From Piromyces finnis finn (lineage: Eukaryota; Fungi; Neocallimastigomycota), in assembly GCA_002104945.1 (NCBI GenBank), contig MCFH01000038.1, positions 434,001-498,000 on the forward strand: DNA of 64,000 bases. The letters run 5' to 3'. Of the stretch, positions 18,898 through 30,857 are shown in pieces (positions within the stretch are counted from its first letter, which is position 1; each line of letters begins with the position of its first letter). The position numbers and the translations under genes were made by a program. The notes beneath the pieces were generated by a model, which was given only the letters and a program-made list of their open reading frames with translations, had not been told where the DNA came from and did not search any database.

Positions 18898-20640
18898 ATG
18901 TTAAATACAGATTTCAATGATTCTGTTGCAAATAACCAAGAATTAAATAAAATCCAACACGTTCCTCAATTAATACCGCAGATACCACAAATACCACAAA
19001 TGTCTCAATCAATGCAACCTCAATTACAACAAAATATTAAATCTCCATTAAATTATTCTTCAGGATTTATACCACAGATTCCATTTGCAATGCCAACGAG
19101 TATATTACCTACCAGTGTATCCCCAAGTCCTTATTCATATAATCCTTCAATCATGTCAACACCCCAACCTATTTTTTATAATCGTCCTGCGCCTATACCT
19201 TCCTTTATACCTCAAAACTATGGATTTTTACCAAATGTAGGAATGGTTAATTACAAAAATAATAATAACAATAATGCAAATTCAAAATCAAATGAGATTA
19301 ATAGTGATAATAAAGAAACGAAAGAAAATAGTTGTATAGCGGATAAAGATGCCTGTAAAGCTAAAGAAATTGCTACAATTGCTATTCATAATAATAATGA
19401 TAAAGATAATAATAACAACAATAATAATAGCAATAATAATAATAATAATAAAGAAAATAATAATACAATAGAAGATAAAAAAGAAAATAATAATAATGAA
19501 ATTACAAATGTAAATGACAAACAATCAACAAGTATAAAAGAAATTTTAGATTTAAATGGAATGATTAATTCAAATAAACAACTAATCCAAAATCTAATAT
19601 TTGAACTTCAAAAAAAAGGTGCTACCCCAAACGAATTAAGTAAAATTATAATTAATAAGTATATATTGTATTAAAATGCTGAAATTTTAATTATATTTAT
19701 GGTTATAAAAGATTGGAGTTTTAATAATATGAAATTTTGTAATTTCTTACATAATTTACATAATTTGATTTTTCATCAGAATTATTATTTATGAAGATTA
19801 TTAATAACTAATTCAATTTAAATTAATATATATTATTTATTATCTTCTCATATATATATGTCTTTTAAATAATAAAGTAATGAAAATAGTTCTAATAATG
19901 ATAAAATAACGGGTCAATCAATGATATCAATGTATACTCAAGCATCATCTAATGGGATGTATTATTTTCCTTCACCTTTATTTATTATGTATCCTAATCA
20001 AGTTAATGTAAGTCTTTAAAGTAATTTTTTGTTAATTATATATTATATTTTATCTTATATAGTTAGTAATAATAGTAAAAAAAAATAAAGTTTTTAATTA
20101 TTGTTAACAATTTTTAATTTATACTATAAAAGACATATCAAAAATCCGAAGTTAGTAAAGAAATGGACAATAATAAAGAAAATATATCAGAAAATAACAT
20201 AAAAGAGGGTAAAAGCGTTGATAATACGGATAAAGATATAATAGATCATGACAGTTTAAATAAAATATCTAAAGATAAACTTGGAAATGAAAATAAAAAA
20301 CATAATGAAAATAATAATAATTCAATTAATTCACAACAGAATGATGAAAATAATACCATAGATATCGAGCCAAAAGATAAATATACAAATTTAATTAATG
20401 AAGAAGTCAATAGTGCACCATTATATACCAAGGAAGAAGCCATAATAAAATATAGTAAATATAAAGCACAATTAGGCATGTTAAATAATCGTATAAATGA
20501 ATTAGAAAAATATATTGGTAGTATAAGTCAATTCATTGAAAAACTTAGTCAGTCAAACAAGCATCCATTAGAAAGTTTAGAAGATATATTTTCTGCAAGT
20601 TCAAATGAAAAAGGTTAATAAAATGTTTTTTTTTTAAAAT

Positions 20641-20675
<35 letters not shown>

Positions 20676-21148
20676 ATAATTATAATATTTAATTATTATA
20701 CTAATTATTGTTTTTTTTTTTTCCATAATATAAAAAAGAACGTAGTACTAAAAGAAGAAGAACAAATAATTCTACTGCTAGAGGAAGTAGAAGGAAAGTT
20801 AATAATACAACAAAAGATAATAATGAATCTGTAGTAAATAAGGAAGAAAGTGCGGCAAATAAAGATAATAGCATTGATAATAAGGATAAAGAAAAAAATG
20901 CTGATGCGAATAATGAAGAAAATTTAACAAAAGAAAAAGAAGTTACTGAAATTGAAAATTCACAAAGTAAGCCAACAAAAAGAGGAAAAAGAGGTACTGG
21001 TACAGTAAAAAGAGTTAGAGCAGCTAATAAAAGTACCAGAACTCCAACCAAAAGAAATAAAAAGAAAGATTCTGAAAAGGGAAAGAATAAAATTGAAAAT
21101 AATGAGAATGTTTCGGAAAAGATAGGAGAGGAAAAAAAAGAAAATTAA
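18898..21148 (+). CDS. Hypothetical low-complexity protein (P/Q-rich N-terminus, poly-Asn, coiled coil, basic C-terminus), multi-exon, model uncertain
   Basis: ORF 18898-19674, probable exon about 19879-20007, ORF 20163-20618 (coiled-coil-like KYKAQLGMLNNRINELEKY) and a K/R-rich exon from about 20739 with a stop at 21146-21148. I could not reconcile all splice phases, and coding-like sequence continues to about 21480. Confidence 0.55.
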
Positions 21149-21339
21149 TATTAATAATACTAATAACCTAATAATGAAAATGATGTTTCTATGAACGTTG
21201 ATAAAAATAAAAGTAGTAGAAATAATATTTTAGAGGATAATATTAATTCAATAGAAGGAATTAATATTAAGAATAAAAAAGGAGCTAAGAAAAAACAAAC
21301 AAACAAACAAAAAAAAAAAACTAATAATAATATATTAGT

Positions 21340-21370
<31 letters not shown>

Positions 21371-22026
21371 TCAATAAAGATAATGAAGCAACTAATTATA
21401 GTAATGATAATATTGGTACTAGTATCAATGAGGAAATTAATAGAATAAAACCAATAAGGAGATCAGTTATTAAAGGATAAATAATAGTATTGATATCACA
21501 AATACAAAACATAAACTAAATAATGTTTTGAAGTATAACTCTTAAAAATTAATGTTTTATTATTATTTATTATTTCTTAATTTATTATATATTTTTTACT
21601 ATTATATTTTTCAATAAATGAATTCTATCCATTTTAATTTAATTTTTTTTTTTTTTTAATATTTCTATTATACTATTTACAACTAAAATTATAACGCACA
21701 ATTAAATAAAAAAAAAAAAAAATATAAAAAAAGAAAAAGAAAACTTTTTCTTTTTTTTGTCTATAATATAAAATTAATTTAATATTTAAATTCAATCAAT
21801 GGATCATTCATAAAATATGAATTTTTCTTTTTTTTTTTTTTTTTATTTTATTTTATTTAATAATTATATTATATTATATTAAATTTATTTTATTATAAAT
21901 ATATTTTAAAATAAATATTTCTTTTTTTATTTCCAATATTTTGAATTACTTTTAAAAGTTCTTAACTTCCAGAAAAAATTTAAAATAATTTTTAGAAAAA
22001 GTCTTAAAAATTACAAATATTATATT

Positions 22027-25000
22027 TTACATGTAATACATAAATTTACGGAGATTTGGAACAACTTGTGTTAAATTATAATTATTGTTTGGATCACCGT
22101 TACGATTACTAGAGGTTTCACTTGCTGTATCATCCCAACCCTAGATTTTTTTTTTTTTTTTTTTTTTTTAGCAAATAATTTAAAAAATAAAATTATTATT
22201 ATACATATTCAAAAACAAAAACGTATAAAGTTATACATGGTCATTGACCTTTACTATTAAATAATATTATTAAAAAAAAAAAAAAACTTACCTTAAGGTA
22301 ACATCTAGCTCTACTGGCAGCCAAGTGAGCATAATAAACTGGTGGAGGAATAGATACAGAACATGTAGCACGACAGTATAAGTAACATAAGTTGTAAGTG
22401 AGACTTTGTAATCCTTCTGAGTTAAAGTTATTTTCATCGTAAATGACATAATAGTGAGATGGTTTACTAGTTCCTTGTAAACCAGCATGAGAACATAAGT
22501 AGAAATCAAAGTTAGATGGATGAGTAACAGTGGTATCAACAACAGTACCTGGAAGAACATTACCACTTCTATCAGCATCTTCTCTATTTCTTGGGAAGAA
22601 TTTAGCGTGATGTCTTTTTTGAACAACAACATATGTTAATTTTGGACGGTAACCTGATTCTAATTCTTCAAATGCAGCGAAAATATCTCTAATTTCAATA
22701 CGAAGAGCATCGTTAAATTGACCTTCTGAAATACCATCACGATAGAAGAGAATACGTTCTGGCTTGGTACCAGTAGCTTTATGGAAAGCAACAAGAAGTT
22801 CCTTAACCATATTCTTAATATCTTGAATAATTTCAAGTTTTGCTTGTTGAGTTCTTAATGCAGCAGCGAATCTGGCACATTGAGCATCCATAGAACCTTA
22901 TATTTTATATTGAAAATTAAATGAAATTTTATATTAATTATTATAGATTTATTATTACACTATATAAATGAAAAATAACAAAAATCAATTCATCTTTAAT
23001 TATTATTTGAATTTTCATTTAAAAATATGAAAAAGAAAATAAAAAAAAAAATATTTTTCTTGCATCAATCATTATATATTCGTACCAACAACAGATACAA
23101 TAGAAGATCTGTTTGGATCACCATCTGGTGGTGGATGAGTAACATCAGCACCAAAGATCATGGTTGGTCTTTCAGTAACGAATTTAAGTTGATCACCTAA
23201 ATAGGAATTAACACCACCTAACTTAACATTCATCTTTAATGAAACATTAGCACAATACATTCTATTTGGCTTTTGAACCTTAATAGATTGAACACATTGA
23301 GTTGGAACACCTAATTCAGTATCAGAGACACGTTTAATTGAATTGTAAAGAGCAGCCTTTGTATCTGGTAAAATACATAAAATAAGTTGTGGTGGACAAC
23401 CATAGCAACTATGAGCATCTTGATAAGATTGGGCAAGAATGTTTTTAATGTTACCATTTGGATTGGCATTCATAATTGGTGGATCACGTTGTGGTGTTGG
23501 CATACCTTCAGCATCACAAGTATCCTTTAAAGTACGAATAAAGTTCATAACTTGATTTGGATTCATCTTATAGTCTGGAAGGAAAACAACAACAGCCCAT
23601 GATTTAAATTCATTACATCTAGCTAAAACCTTATCTTTTAAATTCCATTTACCAAATGATGGTTTAATTGATCTTTCATGACCTCTTTGGTTATAGTAAA
23701 CTCTTGGTTCTGGAAGAACATGAGCATTAACACTAGTCATATTAGTATCAAATTCAATTTCATAAGCTTCATGATATTCACTATTTAATGGGTCAGAAAG
23801 AGTATTTATACCCTTTAAAATTGCATCAGCTCTTTTGTTTGGTGGTACACAAGTAAATTTGATCATATCAGAAGTTTGTTTTTCATTTAATTTTCTACTA
23901 AATCTTTGGCCTTCAATAACTTCACAAACTTCAATTGGCATGTAAATATGCTTCTTTGGATTATCAGCAATAATACATGGAAGATATGGGAATCTTAATC
24001 TAATACCATAACGGTTTTGGAAATAGTTATAAACAGAATCTTTTTGATCAGTTTTACCAATTTGGAATGTTAATTGATCAGCTGGAACAGTTGTAATACC
24101 AGAAATCTTATATCTTCTTCTTTTACCACCACTGTGAGTTGTAACAAACTTTAAGTTCTTTAATTCACGTTCAGCCTTTTTAATTTCACCTTCAGATAAT
24201 GGACCTCTAATATCTCTTTCATCTCTACCTATAGCTCTAGCTAAGATTTTAAGGGCTGGGGCTGTTTTAATTATCATATATATTATTATTATTTTAAATA
24301 AAAATTTATTATTTTTTTTTTTTAAAATTATATATGCAATTTTTATTTTGAGAATATATTATTTTAAATTATATATATTAAAAAAAAATTAGAAAAATAA
24401 ATTATGAAATAAAATAGATTTAAATATATAATTTTTACATTATATATATATGTGCAACCCTTTATATTTATTAAACGCAAAAAATTTATAATTTTGATAA
24501 TAGATAATAAAAAACAAAATTCTATTTACCTGGTTCATAGAATGAAGCTGCAGCAATATCCATATTAATAAAGATTTTTCCATTACCAGCTCTTACACTT
24601 TGGTAATAACCTCTCCAGAATTCAATACCACCATAGGCAGCTTGATAATCTTCACGGTTAAAGAAGCATCTACCAATTGGAGTAAAAATTAAAGATGGCT
24701 TGTTTCTTAAAATAATATCAATTGCCATAATTGTTTCTTCTGGGCAAGTATTGACTTTTCCATTTAAAAACATATGTAATCTGTTCATATCGATTTCACC
24801 AACCTTTTTTATAGTGAATACGAAATTTTGTGGTCTTCCTCTTTTTCTATAATAATATTAATCAATAATACATTAAATGTAACGAACATAATTAATTTTT
24901 ATTATAAATACTTGTATTATAATAATTATCTTTAATAATATTTTTTTATCTTTTTTTATTATTTTATTATTTTGTTATTTCATTTGATATTATATTTTAA

Positions 25001-25429
25001 AAAATAAAAATTAAAATTTACTCTTTATCTTCTTTCTTGTAAATTTTTAAATCGAATTTTTGAACATCTTTTTCAATATTTAACTTCTTTCTAGTGTACA
25101 TTGTACTACGACCATCATATACTGGTAAAATGTTTTGGAGTAATTCCTTGTTATCAGTTTCCCAACTTCTGAAAATTTCACGACATCTAGATGAAGGGAT
25201 TTCTGGTTCAATACTGACATCATATTCTATAAAATTAATAATAATAATAATATATACATATATTATTTATTTATATAATTATATTAAAAATAGATCAATA
25301 ATACTAATGAAGAAAGAGGAATTATATATAATTTTTCGAAATAAATTATCCTATTTATTAAATAAATTTATTTTTCCTATTGATTACATATGCTAAAAGT
25401 ATATATCTTGTTTGTGAGTGTACGTTTTA

Positions 25430-25491
<62 letters not shown>

Positions 25492-26020
25492 TTTAAATAA
25501 TCATTTATTTATTTATTTGTGTGATTTATTATCCATTTTATGTTAATGAATTTATTAAATAAATATATTGTTATGTATTTCTCTTCTTTAATAATTGCTT
25601 GTTTTTATATATTCTTTTTTTTACTCTTTTTTTATTTATTATTTGTTTATTTTATTTTATTTTGTTTTATTTTTTTTTTTTTTTTTTTTTTTGAATTATA
25701 AAATTTAATTAATTATATTATAAATACTATAAATATAACTTACGGTAAATAATTCCATCTAAGACATGTCTAACAACAAAAAAATTGGAATCTAAAGTGA
25801 CTGGACGTCCACTCTAAATTTTAAATATAAATATTAACATTTAAAATAAAATTAAACATTTTAAAATATTTAAAATAATTTTTATATTTATTGCTAAGTC
25901 AAAAAGGGAATATTTAATAAAACATCAATTCAAAAAAAAAAAAAACATTTTTTTTTTTATAATATATACTTTAAGTGTATCTGGACGTTTTGGTAAAGCT
26001 GGCTTTATTAAAGCAGACAT
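22027..26020 (-). CDS. ago1: Argonaute (N-PAZ-MID-PIWI), multi-exon
   Basis: Start [13 protein letters not shown] at 26020, then [15 protein letters not shown] region [33 protein letters not shown] motifs [51 protein letters not shown] and [14 protein letters not shown]. The final exon ends LRKFMYYM* (stop 22027-22029). Confidence 0.97.
25432..25492. repeat. (TTA)n microsatellite in an Argonaute intron
   Basis: Read directly from the sequence. Confidence 0.93.
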
Positions 26021-27093
26021 TTTTCATATATCTTAATGCTTTTATTTATTCAGAGTATTAAATATCAATGTATTCATTTAAATCGAAGATTTTATATTTA
26101 AATATTATATTTTTTAGAGTTAGAATTAGTGAGTTTTCTATTATTTTCTATAGTAAAAATTAATATTTTCATTATCCTCTTATTTATAAACCTTTTTTTT
26201 TCCTTGATAGAAATTATATTTTACTGAAAATATATATATATAAAAGGAAAAAAAGTATATATAAAATGGAAATATATAAAAATCAATTAATTTTATAATT
26301 AATTTATTATTAAATATAATACTATTAAAATTAACGATTTTTTTTTTTTTTTGGTAAAATAATTTTAAAGGAAAAAAAATTAAAAATTTTTTATAAAAAA
26401 AGGAATTAATTCAAAATTAAATTAAAAATTTTTTAATATATTTTAATATATAAATAAAAAAATGAATAAATAATTATATATTTAAATAAATAAATATTTT
26501 TAAATAATATTACTAGCTTGACTAAGGTTTATCCTTTTTACACCTTTGTGAAATACCTTTGTTATTATTATGAGTTAACTTTGTAGGTTGCTCGTTTAAA
26601 ATAAATACATATATATATTTATTTATTTTTTTTATTTATATTCTTACAATGTAGCTTATATATTTAATTTATTACTCATTACAATATTTGACACTTTTTC
26701 ATATTCTGACAGTTAATTAAATGAATATTTTTTAATAATAAATAAATATATATTAATTTAAACAATAATTTTATGAGAAAGCCATAATGAATATAAATAC
26801 ATTAGAATGACACTTTTTTCTTATATATATATAGTTCATATCTACATAATATTAGATAGGAACAAAAAGGATAATACTTCTTATAATATTCAAGATAGTA
26901 TTACCTTTAATCAAAAGCATTTGATATAAATTATGAAAAGAAATAATGATTATTAATTAAAATTTCTATTATTTTAATTCTTATTGTATTATTAATTTAT
27001 CAATTTTATGTCATGTGCCTCATTTTTATACGTATATTAAATGAATTTTTCATCTTACATCCTTCTTATTCAATAATAGAAAGCTTTATTAAA

Positions 27094-27633
27094 ATGGATA
27101 AAAACGAAATCTTTCAAGTATCAATTAATAATAAAAAAATTGATGTAACCATTCGTTTAGCTGAAAATGAAAACGATTTAGAACAAATTATTAATATTGA
27201 AAATGTTTGTTTTCCTCCATCTGAAGCAGCAAAAAGAATTGATTTTGTTGATAGATTTAGAACTTTTAAAGAAAATTTTGTAGTTGCAGAAATTAATAAT
27301 AATGTTTTAATTGGATTTATTAACGGAAATACTACAGATAAACCGGAATTACCTGATGAATTATATCATGATGTATCATTACATAAACCAAATGGCGATT
27401 ATCAAACTGTTTTTGGACTTGATGTTTTACCAGAATATAGAAATCAAGGTGTAGCTGAGCATTTAATGAATTATTTAATTAATATCTCAAAAGAAAGAGG
27501 AAAAAAGGGAATGGTACTAACATGTAAAGATCATTTAATTCATTATTATGAGAAATTTGGATACAAACATAAAGGTGTTAGTAATTCGAATCATGGTGGT
27601 TCAGTATGGAATGATATGATTTTTATATTCTAA
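27094..27633 (+). CDS. GNAT-family N-acetyltransferase, intronless, bacterial-like
   Basis: IRLAENENDLEQIINIENVCFPPSEAA, motif A VFGLDVLPEYRNQGVA (R/QxxGxA) and KGMVLTCKDHLIHYYEKFGYKHKGVS..HGGSVWNDM. An upstream in-frame ATG at 27013 is an alternative start. Confidence 0.92.
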   Translation: MDKNEIFQVSINNKKIDVTIRLAENENDLEQIINIENVCFPPSEAAKRIDFVDRFRTFKENFVVAEINNNVLIGFINGNTTDKPELPDELYHDVSLHKPNGDYQTVFGLDVLPEYRNQGVAEHLMNYLINISKERGKKGMVLTCKDHLIHYYEKFGYKHKGVSNSNHGGSVWNDMIFIF

Positions 27634-27968
27634 GTTTTCAATTCATAAAATTAATATAAATATTTTCTTAAATCTAAAAATTAACATCAATAGTTTTTAT
27701 CATAATTTACCAATTAGTAAATAAAATAAATATATTTATTACTTAAGGCAATATATAATTATTATATATAAATGTATATAACGATAAAGTGTAATGTTAA
27801 AATACCTTCCAACATAAATTTTATAATATGTATAGCTCAATATTCTTAATTAATTTTAAGGTAAAAGTCCATTTATCTGAATGAATCCATAATATTTTGT
27901 AAAGTTTTTGTATTGTTCTGTAAATTATATATGTAGTCCTTAAAAAACTATTATATAAAAAACATTTA

Positions 27969-28008
<40 letters not shown>

Positions 28009-28187
28009 ATTCTTTATTTTATTTTTTTAAATAAATAAAAAAAAAAAAAACTAAAGTTTAATAACATAAAATTTAAAATTTACTTTTCTTTATAAATAAA
28101 AGTCATTGTCATTGTCATTGTATATTATAAACTTTTATTTTGATAAATTTCATAAATATTTAGAGATTAAAAGTTTAATATATATAC

Positions 28188-28219
<32 letters not shown>

Positions 28220-28402
28220 TTAATAAAAGATTTAAATACAATTTACAATTTTTATCTTTATAAGGTTGATAGTATTTTCTAATAAAAATTTTTTATTAAC
28301 CTTTATATTATATTAAAAGTCGTTATAAAACTTTAATACTAATAAAATACGTATATAATAAAGTTTAATAAATTTTTGATATTTTTTAAATGGAATGGCT
28401 TC

Positions 28403-29932
28403 TTATGATATAGTTTTATTTGATTTTAAGCTTTCTTTTTTTTTCATATACAATTCAATAATATCTTTATTATCATTTTCTTTAATATAATCTAAAATTG
28501 ATTTTTGATTATTATCACAATCAAAAACATTAGCATTAAGATTGAAAAGAATTTCTATTATTTCTTCAAAATCATTTTCTATGGCATACATAAGAGCAGA
28601 CTTTCCGAATTTATCTTTACTATTAATGTCACATCCATTAATAAGTAAAAACTTTATAATATCATTATTACCATAAACAATAGAATATATTAAACATGTT
28701 TTTTCATCCTCATCTTTTAAATGAATATCTGCACCATATTTAAGAAGTAACTCTACAATATATTTATTTCGTTGTTGACATGCATACATTAGGGATGTTG
28801 CTCCATGATGATCCCTGTGATTTATATTAGATCCTTGATTTAATAATAATTCAGTAATGAGTAAATTATTGGATTGGCTTGACCATGTTAATGGAATTTT
28901 CCCCATATTATCAATATCATGAATATAAATTCCCCGTTCAATTAATAACCTTGAAACTTTATCATTATCATTGGTAATAGAATAAATAAGGGAAGATAGA
29001 CCATTATTATCTTTAATATTAATATCAGCTCCTTGATTTAATAAAAATTCAACCAGGTTATAATTCCCACTCTGGCAAGCATGAGATAAGGGTGACATTC
29101 CATAGAAGTCTTTTATATTAATATCAGCACCATAGGATAATAAATGTTGAGCAATATCTATATTTTCTCTATAAATAGCCCATATTAATGCTGTTTTTTT
29201 ATCTTCTCCTTTTTCATTAATAGAAATATTACCGTATTGAAGAAGTTTTTTTACAATATCCAAATTATTTTGTCGACACGCAAAAATTAATACAGTATCA
29301 TTATCGTCGTTTTTTACATTCATATATATTTTCCCTTTTTTCTCTTTTACTTTATTCTCAATATACTCTATCACGTATTTTTTGTGTGATTTATAATAGA
29401 GTATAATATCTATTATATCTTCTGTATCACATGTGAAGTAATTTAAAATTAATTCTATTAAATGATGATCACCAAATTTTATAGCATTCATTAAACAAGT
29501 ATTTCCTTCATTATCTATTTCATTCACATTAATACCATTTTTTAATAAATAATATAATTGTAAAGAATTGATTTTCTTTAATTTGAAAAGATAGGAAAGA
29601 ATATTTTCATGATGATTATTTAATAGATTAATATCTGCATGATTCTGTAAAAGTAAATTGGCTACTTTAAATTGATTTTCTTTAATAGCAATAAATAATG
29701 GTATTTTGTTTTCTTGTATTTCATAGTTCACATTTCTCATTATTGAAATTACTATTTTAATAATATCGATTGAACACTTATTTTCTATTAAGAAAACTAA
29801 AATATTTTGAAGTGTACATGTCTGAGTCTTGTAATAACTTAAAAGTGCTGTTATTTCATTAATATTATTAATTTTAATAATGTCTGATAAAATTTTATAA
29901 TCATTAACTATTTCTTTACTACTATTATCCAT
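28403..29932 (-). CDS. Ankyrin-repeat protein, intronless
   Basis: About 10 consecutive ankyrin repeats (e.g. GMSPLSHACQSGNYNLVEFLLNQGADIN, GATSLMYACQQRNKYIVELLLKYGADI) after a non-canonical N-terminal region. Confidence 0.93.
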   Translation of the reverse strand: MDNSSKEIVNDYKILSDIIKINNINEITALLSYYKTQTCTLQNILVFLIENKCSIDIIKIVISIMRNVNYEIQENKIPLFIAIKENQFKVANLLLQNHADINLLNNHHENILSYLFKLKKINSLQLYYLLKNGINVNEIDNEGNTCLMNAIKFGDHHLIELILNYFTCDTEDIIDIILYYKSHKKYVIEYIENKVKEKKGKIYMNVKNDDNDTVLIFACRQNNLDIVKKLLQYGNISINEKGEDKKTALIWAIYRENIDIAQHLLSYGADINIKDFYGMSPLSHACQSGNYNLVEFLLNQGADINIKDNNGLSSLIYSITNDNDKVSRLLIERGIYIHDIDNMGKIPLTWSSQSNNLLITELLLNQGSNINHRDHHGATSLMYACQQRNKYIVELLLKYGADIHLKDEDEKTCLIYSIVYGNNDIIKFLLINGCDINSKDKFGKSALMYAIENDFEEIIEILFNLNANVFDCDNNQKSILDYIKENDNKDIIELYMKKKESLKSNKTIS

Positions 29933-30857
29933 TTAATATTAGTATGCACTTATATAATGATTTAAAAAGAAAAAAAAAAGTTTAATGGTATAAAAAAAAA
30001 AAGAATAAAATAAATTTAAACTTTTACATCATTAAATTCTTGTCACAAATGTTGATAAAATTTTAACTTTTTTTTTTTATTTATATTAGATTATTATTTT
30101 TAACCCGTTATTATTATAAATATGAAAAAAAAATACAAATGTGAATACTGAGTGATAAACAATTTTTATATATTAATAAATAGTTATTTCATTTTCTAAA
30201 AATAAATATGAATACATAAATAAAAAAAAATATCAAAACTATACTTTTGCTTTATTATTTATTATTATTTGGTATTAACAATATAATTTTAAATAATAAT
30301 GGGAAAAAATAATAAATAAATAATGCTTAAAAATAATGTCAATATCAATTTTTTTTATATTTCATTTTTATTATTATAGATATTTCGTTAAAGCTTTATT
30401 TAAAATATATATTAAAAATAATAATATGTATTATCTAAATAAATTATATTTATATAAATTAAAATAATTTATTATTAATTACAATAAAAAACTAAAAAGA
30501 AAATTTTTAAAAAAAATGGTAAAATAATAGCTATTTTAGAGTTAATTATATCATTTTTATAAATCATATAAAATGATAAAAAGTCATCTTAATGTAATCT
30601 TTTTTTTATATATAATTATATATTAATATATTTAAATGATATATATAATTAATTTTTGAAAATTGGTATATTATTATCATAGAGAAATAATCTATTATGA
30701 TATTATTGTTTTTATAAACAAATTAATTATATAGGAAAAATTAAAAAAATAAATATAATAAAAACAAACTGAAGAAATTAGAAATTTATAATTAATTGTT
30801 ATGAATTAGATATTTTTGATTGATTATTTTTTGTGTAAATAATTATTTTTGTAAAAT

